From an uncultured Gillisia sp. (GTDB lineage: Bacteria > Bacteroidota > Bacteroidia > Flavobacteriales > Flavobacteriaceae): DNA of 64,000 nt. The translations under genes were made by a program, and so were the position numbers. How positions within the stretch are numbered: position 1 is the stretch's first letter; the number at the start of each line of letters is the position of its first letter. This document shows, one piece after another, positions 18,138 to 28,351 of the stretch. The DNA is taken from contig CAXATE010000006.1 of the NCBI GenBank assembly GCA_963972215.1, positions 54,476-118,475 on the forward strand. Reading direction: 5' to 3'. Under the pieces are notes generated by a model. It saw only the letters and a program-made list of their open reading frames with translations, was not told the origin of the DNA and did not search any database.

Positions 18138-19340
18138 TTAAAAATGAATATCTATTTGTAATCTATACTCTAAACTATTGTCTAGGTTGTTTTCGTAGTC
18201 ATTCCAACTTACATCTGTTTGTACTTTTAATTTATGTCCAACAATGTATTTTGAAAGTCCTAATGTATATTGATCTTCTATTCCTTCTCCAGTAATTTGC
18301 TCATCTAAAGAAACTTGTGTGAATCTACCAACAACTTCAAAATTGTTTTTAAACACATAACCTGCCTGCATGTTAATACCATCTCCAACTTCTACAACTC
18401 TTCCTGTAGGAGTACCATCTGCATTTACAGCAATTGGATTATCTGCTGTTCTTTTAGCATATTCTGCCATGGCAGAGAATCCTTGGTACTTAAAAATTCC
18501 ATCTACAAAGAACGTGTTTATATCGGTTTCAAAAAAACCAGTATCTGTAGTCATATAACTTCCACTATTGGAACGAGTCCTTACAGCATTGCTGTTATGA
18601 TCGTAACTTACACCTACGGCAAATTTTGGTGAGGTCTCTCTGTCAAGATCCGCTCCCGAATAATCATCAAATTCTCCTAAAGGAAGAATTTCTACTCGGC
18701 CAGTATATTCATATCCACCTAGATTTTCTGAAGTTACATTTCTACCTTCACCCTGAGAAATTGCCAATGCTTCTCTCACAATAACATTTTCTCCTAAATT
18801 AATATAATGATGTAATTGGAATCCCATATCACGATCCACATTAAATTCTCCATTCACCAAAGAACGATCTACGGTTTGAAGATTTGCTGAAGAAATTACT
18901 CGCTCTCTGTTACCAGGTAGTTTAGTTTGGCCGGCCCATAATTCGAAATTCTCGTAGAAATTCCATTTTAATACAGCATCCAGAATATATCTTGGTGCGT
19001 TACTTGTAAATTCTGACGCTCCACTAATATCCCTGTTAGATAAGCCTAACTCTATTTTATAAGTAAGTTTTGGGGAATATGCAAAACCTTCGAATTTTAA
19101 TCTTGCTCTTCTAATGGAGAATTGATCTTCTTTATTTTCCAGATTATCATTGTCTGCAAAATCCCAAGAACTGGTATATAACGACTGAAAACGCGCTGCA
19201 AATTTTACGCTGAAAGAGCTATCCTTTGCTACTACGTTTACCAATCCTTTACCAAATTTGTTGTTTGTGATATCTTGCGCTTGCGCAAAATAAGAGGTTA
19301 CTAATCCAAAGACAAGCAACATGCACCATTTTAATTTCAT
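18138..19340 (-). CDS. Phosphate-selective outer-membrane porin (OprO/OprP-like)
   Basis: Signal peptide; FSIRRARLK motif; C-terminal Phe; first gene of the pst operon. Confidence 0.85.
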   Translation of the reverse strand: MKLKWCMLLVFGLVTSYFAQAQDITNNKFGKGLVNVVAKDSSFSVKFAARFQSLYTSSWDFADNDNLENKEDQFSIRRARLKFEGFAYSPKLTYKIELGLSNRDISGASEFTSNAPRYILDAVLKWNFYENFELWAGQTKLPGNRERVISSANLQTVDRSLVNGEFNVDRDMGFQLHHYINLGENVIVREALAISQGEGRNVTSENLGGYEYTGRVEILPLGEFDDYSGADLDRETSPKFAVGVSYDHNSNAVRTRSNSGSYMTTDTGFFETDINTFFVDGIFKYQGFSAMAEYAKRTADNPIAVNADGTPTGRVVEVGDGINMQAGYVFKNNFEVVGRFTQVSLDEQITGEGIEDQYTLGLSKYIVGHKLKVQTDVSWNDYENNLDNSLEYRLQIDIHF

Positions 19341-19377
19341 TATCTTCTAGTTTTTGTCGATGCAAATGTGCGACTCC

Positions 19378-19407
19378 AATGTTAAGTTAATGTTACCTGC
19401 AAGTTAT
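19378..19407 (-). promoter_or_regulatory. Putative Pho-box-like direct repeats
   Basis: aatgttaa (19378), aatgttac (19389) and caagttat (19400) at an 11-bp period, upstream of the porin-pst operon. Confidence 0.55.
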
Positions 19408-19438
19408 GCTTTGATAAAAATAGCTATATTTAAAATAA

Positions 19439-19461
19439 AAGCCGCCTTTATAAGGCGGCTT
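19439..19461 (-). terminator. Terminator hairpin after rimO
   Basis: aagccgcctt-tat-aaggcggctt followed by a U-tract on the minus strand. Confidence 0.7.
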
Positions 19462-19679
19462 CTTCATAAATCGATGTCGACAAAAACTAAAGATTTTATG
19501 AAATAGCCTTAATTGTTAAGGCTATTCAAATATGCTGCTACTTATTTAGATAAATATGAAGTAAAAATTAAGCAATTATTATGTTATTGTAACCAAGCCT
19601 AATAATTTATCTATGGAACTATTAATTAATTCTGAATAAAGTGAAAATAATTAGCCTTAGAAAAATTTTATACAAACTA

Positions 19680-21032
19680 TTAAGTAGTCCTGATCTTTAA
19701 TTCCTTTCTCACTGGTTTTGAAACATCTGCATTCACAGGTATACCATATAGATCGAAATCTGCAGCCTCATTTATCTTAACCTCGTAGAATTCTCCAGTC
19801 TTTAAATAGATCTCGGTAGCATCAATAAGAACTTCATTGTCCACATCTGGCGAATCGAACTCAGTTCTTCCAATAAAATAGTTCCCATCTTTTCTATCAA
19901 TGATCACTTTAAAGGTTTGGCCTATTTTCTCCTGATTCAATTCCCAAGAGATCTGAGATTGAATTTCCATGATCTCATTTGCGCGTTGTTGTTTCACTTC
20001 TTGTGGCACATCATCTACTAAATTGAAGGCATGCGTATTTTCCTCATGAGAATAAGTAAAGCATCCCAAACGCTCGAAACGCATTTTGATCACCCAATTC
20101 TTTAAAGTTTGATAATCTTCTTCGGTTTCTCCAGGATACCCAACAATAAGTGTAGTTCTTATGGTCATGTTAGGAACCGCCTTTCTAAATTCCTGAAGTA
20201 GTTTTGTAGTTTTCACCTCAGTAGTTCCTCTTCGCATAGATTTGAGAATAGAATCTGAAATATGTTGCAATGGAATATCTAAATAGTTACAGATCTTAGG
20301 CTCTCTATTCATTACATCCAGCACATCCATCGGGAAGCCAGTAGGAAATGCATAGTGCAATCTTATCCATTCTATTCCTTCCACCTGTACTAAATTCTCT
20401 AACAACTCGGCAAGGTTTCTTTTCTTATAAATGTCTAGCCCATAATAGGTAAGATCTTGTGCTATTAAAACCAATTCTTTTACTCCGTTTGCGGCTAAAC
20501 CTTTGGCTTCTTTCACCAATTGCTCTATAGGTGTAGATCTGTGCTTACCTCTCATTAGTGGTATTGCACAAAAAGAACATGGACGGTCACAACCTTCAGC
20601 AATCTTTAAATATGCATAATTCTTGGGCGTAGTTGTTAATCGTTCTCCTAGTAATTCGTGCTTATAATCTGCCTCTAGTGCAGCTAATAATTCTGGCAAT
20701 TCTGTAGTCCCAAAATATTGATCCACATCTGGGATCTCTTTCTGAAGATCTGGCTTATAACGCTCACTTAAACATCCGGTTACAAATACTTTATCTACCT
20801 CTCCTTTTTGCTTCTTCTCTACAAATTCGAGGATGGTATTAACAGATTCTTCCTTAGCGTTATCTATAAATCCACAAGTATTAATAACAACAATATTCCC
20901 TTCTTCTTCATGTACCACATCTTTATTGTTTGCACGAAGTTGTCCCATTAACACTTCACTGTCGTAAACATTTTTACTACAACCTAGTGTTACTACATTA
21001 ATCTTGTTCTTTCTTCTGGACTTTGTTCTCAT
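19680..21032 (-). CDS. rimO: Ribosomal protein S12 methylthiotransferase
   Basis: TLGCSKN, NTCGFI, AYLKIAEGCDRPCSFCAIP (CxxxCxxC), C-terminal TRAM region. Confidence 0.97.
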   Translation of the reverse strand: MRTKSRRKNKINVVTLGCSKNVYDSEVLMGQLRANNKDVVHEEEGNIVVINTCGFIDNAKEESVNTILEFVEKKQKGEVDKVFVTGCLSERYKPDLQKEIPDVDQYFGTTELPELLAALEADYKHELLGERLTTTPKNYAYLKIAEGCDRPCSFCAIPLMRGKHRSTPIEQLVKEAKGLAANGVKELVLIAQDLTYYGLDIYKKRNLAELLENLVQVEGIEWIRLHYAFPTGFPMDVLDVMNREPKICNYLDIPLQHISDSILKSMRRGTTEVKTTKLLQEFRKAVPNMTIRTTLIVGYPGETEEDYQTLKNWVIKMRFERLGCFTYSHEENTHAFNLVDDVPQEVKQQRANEIMEIQSQISWELNQEKIGQTFKVIIDRKDGNYFIGRTEFDSPDVDNEVLIDATEIYLKTGEFYEVKINEAADFDLYGIPVNADVSKPVRKELKIRTT

Positions 21033-21099
21033 AACTTAAATACCATTAATGAATTCACTATCCATAAAATTTGATATTACGGGTAGTAGAAAACGGCTG

Positions 21100-21107
21100 C
21101 AAAGATA
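21100..21107 (-). promoter_or_regulatory. -7 promoter box of rimO
   Basis: caaagata is TATCTTTG on the minus strand. Confidence 0.65.
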
Positions 21108-21327
21108 CAACCTATTAATTGAATAGCAGAATCTGTTTTAAACAGTTAAGAATCTAATACTTAAATTTGTATTTGAAATCTAATTTTATGAATTCATCAA
21201 CCTCTTAGGTTGAAAAATCCTATAAATAAAGAAGATCATAATCAATGTCCTACTTCCCTTAGCTTTTATTTAAATAGCCTATAAACAATATCGAAATAGG
21301 GATTCGGATATTTTGAAGCAGTTAAAA

Positions 21328-22218
21328 TTAAGATGAACTTCGGGTAAGTTTTAAGAAGGCCTCTTGAAGCTGCCTTGTAATTTCCCCGGTCTCCGGCCTA
21401 TTGAAGATCTCCTTGTCATTTAAAAGCATAGATTTTACCGATAAAATTTGAGTAGTGGTACCGGTTAGGAAAACTTCCTCAACCTTTGTTACCTCATCTA
21501 TATGTAAGGCTTTCTCAATTACCTGAATTTCCATCTCCCGACACAGGTCAAGAATTACTTTTCTGGTAATTCCTGAAAGAATATGAGGGCCTTCAGGGTG
21601 TGTGAAGATCCTTTGGTTTTTCAGGAAAAATACAGAAGAGTGAGATCCTTCAGTAAAAAATCCATCCCTAATCAATAAATTTTCATCAAGCCCTAAACTA
21701 TGAGCTTGATTATTTGCCTTGATATTAGCCAATAAGGAAATAGATTTTATATCACAGCGATGCCATCTTAAATCTTCAGAAACCAAAAGGCTAGCCTGTT
21801 TATTTTCAAATCCATTAAGCACAACTGAAAAGGCATACAATAAAACTGTAGGTTGTATTTGCTCAGGAAAAAAATGGGTACGGGGTGCAACACCTCTCGT
21901 TATCTGGATATAAACAGCGCAATCACTTTGTAAGAAACCTGAACGGGAAACCGCCTTCAACATTATTTCCTGTAAAGAAACCGCGTTAAACTCAATCTGT
22001 ATCTCGTTCAGACAGTATTGCAATCTATCGAGGTGCTCTTTCAGTTTAAATGGTTTACCATCATAAAAAGGAGTTACTTCATAAATACCGTCTCCCAGCA
22101 GGAATCCCCTATCAAAAACTGAAACAAAAGCATTTTCAGGATTTATCCACTCCCCATTAAGAAATACTTCCTTAGGAAATGTCTTTTTAGGTTGACGTTT
22201 GAGATTAGTTATTATCAA
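21328..22218 (-). CDS. Class IV PLP aminotransferase, D-alanine aminotransferase-like
   Basis: DRGFLLGDGIYEV, TRGVAPRTH, RWHRCDIKS (PLP lysine), ILSGITR; start codon uncertain. Confidence 0.85.
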   Translation of the reverse strand: MIITNLKRQPKKTFPKEVFLNGEWINPENAFVSVFDRGFLLGDGIYEVTPFYDGKPFKLKEHLDRLQYCLNEIQIEFNAVSLQEIMLKAVSRSGFLQSDCAVYIQITRGVAPRTHFFPEQIQPTVLLYAFSVVLNGFENKQASLLVSEDLRWHRCDIKSISLLANIKANNQAHSLGLDENLLIRDGFFTEGSHSSVFFLKNQRIFTHPEGPHILSGITRKVILDLCREMEIQVIEKALHIDEVTKVEEVFLTGTTTQILSVKSMLLNDKEIFNRPETGEITRQLQEAFLKLTRSSS

Positions 22219-22224
22219 ATTCGT

Positions 22225-22509
22225 TTATCTATTAAAATACTCGTGCAGAATAACTACCCAATCTGCCTCATAATATCTTATAGCACTTATTACTAGCACC
22301 CCTGCAATCACATAGATCCAAGAAAAGGCTTCATTTTTCATTAAAAGTGCTCCAATTATGGCGAAGATCAAAAACGGAATCGCCAGAATTAAATTGGGAA
22401 GCGCCCAGGCGCCATCAAAAACAATAGCTATTAGCTTCATGACTACATAAAACACAGAGTAGAATACAATGATCTTACTTATAATAGCCCTGAAATTGGT
22501 TTTAGGCAT
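22225..22509 (-). CDS. Small membrane protein (about 3 TM helices)
   Basis: 94-aa hydrophobic ORF packed between the amidase and the aminotransferase. Confidence 0.7.
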   Translation of the reverse strand: MPKTNFRAIISKIIVFYSVFYVVMKLIAIVFDGAWALPNLILAIPFLIFAIIGALLMKNEAFSWIYVIAGVLVISAIRYYEADWVVILHEYFNR

Positions 22510-22511
22510 TC

Positions 22512-24146
22512 CTATTTCTTATAATTTGAAGGAGTAACTCGTTTCTTAGAGGCTTTTTCATAGGCCATTGCCCAAGTAAAAAGATTAGCTTCTTGATAAG
22601 GTCTCGCAATAAATGTTAGTCCTTTAGGGGCATTATCTGCTGCATAACCCATAGGAACTGTAATAGCAGGATATTTTGCTACTGCAGCAAAACCTGCGTG
22701 ATAGTTATTTATAGACAAGATTCCATCTAAATTATGTTCTTTCATTGGAACCTCAAAAAATTGTTTCCCGTTTGTAGTCAAAGTGTCCTTAATAGCTGCA
22801 AATTCTTCTGAAGATGCCAAATCTGCTACTATTCCGTCAAACAATTTCTGACCATATGGAGAGCGAACTAATGTATCTTGGTTATTATAATTCACTACAT
22901 CCTTTACGCTTTTGAATTGCAGATCCTTATTCCCATATTTTTTGAAATAGACCGGAAGATCTCTTTTCATTTCAATATTTAAAAATCGGGTAAAATTAGG
23001 AAGCTCTAATTCTTCGGCTTCAAATTCCACTATTTCCGCTCCTGCACTTTTTAGGTCTTCTAAAGCTTGTACATATAGCGAATCTTCCATCAAAGATTTA
23101 ATTGCACCAAAGCGCTTCCCTTTTAAAGTAACTTCAGCTAAACTCTCATAGTAATTTGAGGTATTGTTTTTATTTTCCACCGAAGCTGGGTCTTGTGAAT
23201 CTCTGCCAGACATCGCAGAAAATAAAATCGCATTGTCGGTTACATTCTTGGTTATTGGTCCAGGAGTATCTAAATAGCTAGAAATTGGCACTATTCCTCC
23301 TCTACTTAACACCCCAATAGTTGGCTTTAGCCCAACCAACGAATTTTGACTCGCCGGCGAAAGTATAGAACCTGCAGTTTCAGATCCTACCGCAACGGGT
23401 GCAAAATTAGCGGCAACAGATACTGCACTTCCAGAACTGGAACCACCGGTATCTAATGTTCTTCTTCCATAAGGATTAAGGGTTTGCCCTCCAACAGCGG
23501 AATATCCACTAGGACATTCTCCACAAAAGAAATAAGCCCATTCACTTAAATTAGCTTTCCCAAGGATTATCGCTCCATTCTCTTTTAAACGTTTCACTAT
23601 AAATGCATCATCTGTAGTGTTATTTTTTAATGCCACCGCGCCTGCAGTAGTAGGCATATCTAAAGTGTTAATATTATCTTTCAACAGTACAGGGATCCCA
23701 AAGATTGGATGCTTCTGCATTTTATTTTTCAAAGCTTGATCTCTTTTTCTCGCGTCTTCTAAAACATTTGGATTTAACGAAATAACTGAATTCAAACTCA
23801 AGTCGTTATTTCTGTCATATTTCTGAATACGTTTCAAATAGAAAAGTACCAATTCTTCATAACTGAAAGTATTGGCTGCTACAGATTTTTGAAGCGAAGG
23901 AATATCCTTATCTAAGATAAGTGGTACTAATTCCGAATAACGATCCTCTGAAAATGCGGAAAGTTCTTTATTAAAAGGAGCCCAAAGAGAGTCTACATCA
24001 ATGACCTTTGAATCCAAAACTTTGAATTCTCTGAAATCTTTAACTTCAGTAGTGTCTTGAGTGATTTCAGTCTGAGTGAGTTGCTTAGAGTCATCTTTGC
24101 AACCGATCATTGCAATTATAGATAGGAAAAGTACTAATTGTTTCAT
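22512..24146 (-). CDS. Amidase signature family protein, lipoprotein
   Basis: IGC lipobox; LLKDNI, GKANLSEWA, GGSSSGSA, GSETAGSI. Confidence 0.92.
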   Translation of the reverse strand: MKQLVLFLSIIAMIGCKDDSKQLTQTEITQDTTEVKDFREFKVLDSKVIDVDSLWAPFNKELSAFSEDRYSELVPLILDKDIPSLQKSVAANTFSYEELVLFYLKRIQKYDRNNDLSLNSVISLNPNVLEDARKRDQALKNKMQKHPIFGIPVLLKDNINTLDMPTTAGAVALKNNTTDDAFIVKRLKENGAIILGKANLSEWAYFFCGECPSGYSAVGGQTLNPYGRRTLDTGGSSSGSAVSVAANFAPVAVGSETAGSILSPASQNSLVGLKPTIGVLSRGGIVPISSYLDTPGPITKNVTDNAILFSAMSGRDSQDPASVENKNNTSNYYESLAEVTLKGKRFGAIKSLMEDSLYVQALEDLKSAGAEIVEFEAEELELPNFTRFLNIEMKRDLPVYFKKYGNKDLQFKSVKDVVNYNNQDTLVRSPYGQKLFDGIVADLASSEEFAAIKDTLTTNGKQFFEVPMKEHNLDGILSINNYHAGFAAVAKYPAITVPMGYAADNAPKGLTFIARPYQEANLFTWAMAYEKASKKRVTPSNYKK

Positions 24147-24274
24147 ATAATTTATGGATAAGTTAGATTTATAGTTGAATTGTGTAAATTTAAAATGAAT
24201 AAAAAGAAATTAGCATAATCGAGCTGAATATATAAATTTACTCTAACTATCTGTAATTCCTAAATTGCTAATGT

Positions 24275-25231
24275 TTATTTCTTAAAGAAAGAATCTACGA
24301 ATTCAATTTTATTGAAAACCTGAAGATCCTCTAATCCTTCCCCTACTCCAATATATTTTACAGGTATTTTGAATTGATCGCTAATCCCTATTACAACTCC
24401 TCCTTTGGCAGTTCCATCGAGTTTGGTAACCGCAAGTGAAGTAACTTCTGTAGCCGCTGTAAATTGTTTTGCCTGCTCAAAAGCATTCTGACCTGTACTA
24501 CCATCCAAAACCAATAATACTTCATGAGGTGCGTTAGGGATCACTTTCTGCATTACCCGTTTCACCTTGGTGAGTTCATTCATCAAGTTCACCTTATTAT
24601 GCAATCTTCCAGCAGTATCTATAATTACAACATCTACATCTTGCTTCACTGCACTTTCCACAGCATCATAGGCAACAGAGGCAGGATCGCTTCCCATTTG
24701 CTGTTTTACAATTGGCACCCCTGTTCTATCTGCCCAAACTTGAAGTTGATCTATAGCTGCCGCTCTAAAGGTATCTGCAGCGCCTAAAAGCACCTTTTTA
24801 CCATCTTTTTTAAACTGATGCGCAAGCTTACCTATGGTTGTAGTTTTTCCAACACCATTTACACCAACCACCATGATCACATAAGGCTTATCTACTTTAT
24901 CGAAATTAAAACCATTCCCCTCTCCAGATTCAGTTTCAGATAATAATCCAGCTATTTCTTCTCTTAGGATCCCATTTAACTCATCGGTTCCCAAATATTT
25001 ATCACGCTCTACTCTTGCCTCAATTCTTTTAATGATCTTAATAGTTGTTGCCACCCCAACGTCACTGCTTACCAAAACATCTTCCAAATCATCTAGAACC
25101 TCATCATCTACTTTAGATTTTCCGGCAACAGCCTTACTCATTTTAGAGAAGAAATCGGTCTTGGATTTTTCCAAGCCTTTATCCAAGGTTTCTTTTTTTT
25201 CCTTAGAAAATAATTTTTTAAATAAACTCAT
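24275..25231 (-). CDS. ftsY: SRP receptor FtsY
   Basis: GVNGVGKTTT, DTFRAAA, DTAGR, TKLDGTAKGG. Confidence 0.98.
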   Translation of the reverse strand: MSLFKKLFSKEKKETLDKGLEKSKTDFFSKMSKAVAGKSKVDDEVLDDLEDVLVSSDVGVATTIKIIKRIEARVERDKYLGTDELNGILREEIAGLLSETESGEGNGFNFDKVDKPYVIMVVGVNGVGKTTTIGKLAHQFKKDGKKVLLGAADTFRAAAIDQLQVWADRTGVPIVKQQMGSDPASVAYDAVESAVKQDVDVVIIDTAGRLHNKVNLMNELTKVKRVMQKVIPNAPHEVLLVLDGSTGQNAFEQAKQFTAATEVTSLAVTKLDGTAKGGVVIGISDQFKIPVKYIGVGEGLEDLQVFNKIEFVDSFFKK

Positions 25232-25318
25232 TTTAGTTAGATGGTTTTTCTTGCTGATTTCGGTTGTGAAATTAAACAGCTTTCAGCAGAAATTCAAGCG
25301 TAAATATACATAAAAAGA

Positions 25319-25350
25319 AAAAGCCGTTCCGATGGCTCGGGACGGCTTTT
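25319..25350 (-). terminator. Terminator after rpmB-rpmG-DUF4295
   Basis: aaaagccgttcc...gggacggctttt. Confidence 0.7.
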
Positions 25351-25368
25351 AAAATATTTTAAAATAAC

Positions 25369-25521
25369 CTATTTTTTACTCAAAAACTCGTCTACTAGTT
25401 CTGGAACCATAATACTTTCAACAAAAGTATAAGCACCGGTTTTTGGAGATCTTACCATCTTAACGGCTTTTGATAATCTCTTGGATCCTGTTTGTAATGA
25501 AGCTACTGATTTTTTTGCCAT
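25369..25521 (-). CDS. DUF4295-type small protein (absent from the ORF track)
   Basis: Translated by hand: MAKKSVASLQTGSKRLSKAVKMVRSPKTGAYTFVESIMVPELVDEFLSKK (50 aa), in its usual Bacteroidota position between rpmG and ftsY. Confidence 0.85.
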   Translation of the reverse strand: MAKKSVASLQTGSKRLSKAVKMVRSPKTGAYTFVESIMVPELVDEFLSKK

Positions 25522-25530
25522 GACTTAAAC

Positions 25531-25713
25531 TTATTTAATTTCTTTATGAACCGTCATTTTCTTAAGAATAGGGTTAAATTTCTTTAACTCCAATCTATCT
25601 GGCGTGTTCTTTTTATTTTTAGTTGAAATATATCTTGAAGTTCCTGGTTTTCCAGATTCTTTATGCTCTGTGCATTCTAAGATAACTTGTATTCTATTGC
25701 CTTTCTTTGCCAT
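25531..25713 (-). CDS. rpmG: 50S ribosomal protein L33
   Basis: [11 protein letters not shown]...[22 protein letters not shown]...HKEIK. Confidence 0.98.
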   Translation of the reverse strand: MAKKGNRIQVILECTEHKESGKPGTSRYISTKNKKNTPDRLELKKFNPILKKMTVHKEIK

Positions 25714-25738
25714 TTTTCCGTGTCTTTATGGTTGAGGA

Positions 25739-25978
25739 TTATTTGTTTAAAAATCCTTTTTCTCTTGCTTCTTTCATAACAGCAGAGATCCCTTTTTTAT
25801 TGATGTTCTTTAATGCAGAAGCAGATATTTTAAGGGTTACCCATTTATCTTCTTCAGGAATATAAAAACGTTTCTTTAATAAATTAATATTAAATTTACG
25901 TTTGGTTTTATTCATAGCGTGAGAAACATTGTTCCCAACCATTGCTCTTTTACCCGTAAGTTCACAAACTCTTGACAT
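25739..25978 (-). CDS. rpmB: 50S ribosomal protein L28
   Basis: [10 protein letters not shown]...[15 protein letters not shown]. Confidence 0.98.
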   Translation of the reverse strand: MSRVCELTGKRAMVGNNVSHAMNKTKRKFNINLLKKRFYIPEEDKWVTLKISASALKNINKKGISAVMKEAREKGFLNK

Positions 25979-26140
25979 TGTTCTATTCTTTATCTTGTTA
26001 TTTCAAAACAGGCTGCAAATTAACGATTTTTTTAAGTAACTGCCAACATAAAAATAATAATTTTTTAAGTCTATTAATGGAAGCTGTTACAGATTAGTTT
26101 GTATCTGATTTCATATCAAATACTTCCGTAAAACTATTCC

Positions 26141-27388
26141 TTAAGAAAGTAATTCCTTAAGCAACAGCTCTAAAGCCTTATTCACCGTTTTATTCACCAC
26201 TTGATCCCTACTTCTTCCAAATTTAAATTCTTCAGAAAATACTTTTTCCGGAGTTGCAATCCCAATAAAAACCGTTCCAATTTCGGCATCACTATCTCCT
26301 TTTTCAGGACCTGCATTTCCAGTTGTTGCAATTGCGTAATCTGATTTAAAGAGACGTTTTGCATTTTTAGCCATCTCTTCTACTACCGCTCCGCTAACTA
26401 CAGAATTATCGTTTATTATTGATTTCGGAACATTTAAAACATCCTCTTTAGATTGTGTAGCATAAGTCAACACGCCTCCTTTAAAGCTATTTGAAGCTCC
26501 GGGATTCTTTGTGAATTTTGTAGCCAACTCTCCACCAGTGCAACTTTCAGCAACTGCTAGATACATTTCTTTTCTCTCAAGAAGCTGCCTGATAGTGATG
26601 GTAATATCTTCATTTTCTCCATTAACATCTGCAATAATATCGCTGAGTAATGGGTAGATCTTTTCAAACTCACTTTCAATGGAAATTTTAAGAGCTTCTT
26701 CATTTAATCCTTTTCCAGATAACCTTAATCTTACCGTACCATAACTAGGTAAATAAGCCAGCTTTATGTGAGAAGGTAAATCATCCTCCCATGATTCTAT
26801 ACGCGCTGCAATAGCGCTTTCACCTAATCCATAAGTTCTTATGGTCTTGTGGTAAATAAAAGGCCTTTTAAACTCCTTTATCAATCTAGGCAATACTTCA
26901 TGCTGAATTAAAGATTTCATCTCGAAGGGAACTCCTGGCATTGCGATAAAAACTTTCTCCCCTTCTTTAATCCAAAGCCCAGGTGCTGTTCCATATTCGT
27001 TATGAAGCGCTAATGCCTTGGTTGGCACAAGAGATTGATCTCTATTGATCTCGGAAATTGGAGTGCTAATATATTTAGCGAAGATAGATTCTATATGTGC
27101 CAAAACCTGAGGATCTCTAACCAGAGTATCCCCAAAATATTCACATAAAGTGGTTTTGGTAATATCGTCCTTAGTCGGTCCCAATCCGCCGGTTATCAAA
27201 ATGATGTCAGCGCGTTTTGAAGCCTCTTTTAGCGTGGTAAGTATATGTTCACGCTCATCTTCTACAGAAGTGATCTGATGAACAGAAACACCAATTTTAT
27301 TGAGCTCCTGAGCAATGTAAGCCGAGTTTGTATCTACAATCTGACCGATTAGAATCTCATCTCCAATCGTAATTATTTCTGCGATCAT
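26141..27388 (-). CDS. cinA: CinA-family NMN deamidase / competence-damage inducible protein
   Basis: [31 protein letters not shown]; PncC domain AESCTGG. Confidence 0.93.
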   Translation of the reverse strand: MIAEIITIGDEILIGQIVDTNSAYIAQELNKIGVSVHQITSVEDEREHILTTLKEASKRADIILITGGLGPTKDDITKTTLCEYFGDTLVRDPQVLAHIESIFAKYISTPISEINRDQSLVPTKALALHNEYGTAPGLWIKEGEKVFIAMPGVPFEMKSLIQHEVLPRLIKEFKRPFIYHKTIRTYGLGESAIAARIESWEDDLPSHIKLAYLPSYGTVRLRLSGKGLNEEALKISIESEFEKIYPLLSDIIADVNGENEDITITIRQLLERKEMYLAVAESCTGGELATKFTKNPGASNSFKGGVLTYATQSKEDVLNVPKSIINDNSVVSGAVVEEMAKNAKRLFKSDYAIATTGNAGPEKGDSDAEIGTVFIGIATPEKVFSEEFKFGRSRDQVVNKTVNKALELLLKELLS

Positions 27389-27726
27389 TACAACTCAAAA
27401 TCATTCTTTAATTCCCTCTCGGCCAATCTAACCTTTGCGGCTATTTTTTCTCCTGCATCGCTTGCTGTTGTTTCTCTCTCTCTTCCCTTGGACCAGCCTT
27501 CTATTAAAAGGATCTGATCCATGAGGTTAAGGCCAAACAGCTGCAAATTTGGTTTCATTTTATGAGCAAACTGATAAGCTAATGCGGGGTTACTATTAGC
27601 AATAGCTTCAGACATCGAATCTACATCTGGTGGGATTTCCTCTAAAAAAGTTTGTACTATAATCTTCACAAAATCATCATCACCACCTGCCATTTCAATT
27701 ACGTCGTCTAAGTTGTAGTTGCTCAT
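27388..27726 (-). CDS. Stand-alone Hpt domain protein
   Basis: AHKMKPNL phospho-His helix; 112 aa. Confidence 0.8.
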   Translation of the reverse strand: MSNYNLDDVIEMAGGDDDFVKIIVQTFLEEIPPDVDSMSEAIANSNPALAYQFAHKMKPNLQLFGLNLMDQILLIEGWSKGRERETTASDAGEKIAAKVRLAERELKNDFEL

Positions 27727-28341
27727 CTATTTTACTTGTATTGAAAATAATTGTTTTTCTTCTATAAATCCAGTTAAAACATCATTCGCCTCAACCTTGC
27801 CCACTCCCTCAGGAGTTCCTGTAAAAATAATATCACCGATCTTAAGTGTGAAAAACTGAGAAACATAAGAAATAAGCTCGTCTATTTTCCACAACATAGC
27901 ACTAGTATTACAGCTTTGAACGGTTTCATTATTTTTAAGTAAGCTAAAGTTAATATTATTTAAACTGTTAAAGGAATTTTTATTAATCCATTTTTCTCCA
28001 ATTACCGCAGATCCATCAAATCCCTTGGCTTTTTCCCACGGTAAGCCTTTATCTTTTAACTTTTGCTGAAGGTCTCTAGCGGTAAAATCTATTCCTAATC
28101 CTATCTCGTTATAATATTTATGAGCATACTGCTCTTCTATATACTTCCCTACTCTATTTATCTTTACTAAAACCTCTACTTCATAATGCACATCCTTGCT
28201 GAAATCTGGAATAAAAAAGGCTTGTTTTTTAAGAAGAATCGCGGTGTCTGGCTTTAGGAAGACTACAGGTTCTAAAGGCTTTTCATTATTTAATTCTGAA
28301 ATATGGGCGCTATAATTTCTCCCGATACAAATGATCTTCAT
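27727..28341 (-). CDS. Fumarylacetoacetate hydrolase family protein
   Basis: KIICIGRNY, HYEVE, DFTARDLQ, WEKAKGFD, TGTPEGVG. Confidence 0.93.
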   Translation of the reverse strand: MKIICIGRNYSAHISELNNEKPLEPVVFLKPDTAILLKKQAFFIPDFSKDVHYEVEVLVKINRVGKYIEEQYAHKYYNEIGLGIDFTARDLQQKLKDKGLPWEKAKGFDGSAVIGEKWINKNSFNSLNNINFSLLKNNETVQSCNTSAMLWKIDELISYVSQFFTLKIGDIIFTGTPEGVGKVEANDVLTGFIEEKQLFSIQVK

Positions 28342-28351
28342 AGAGCTTTAG

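Noticed and set aside
19502-19526. 11-bp-arm palindrome aatagccttaa-ttg-ttaaggctatt
   Set aside because: Lies just past the rimO stop; most simply a second terminator or stability hairpin, single copy.
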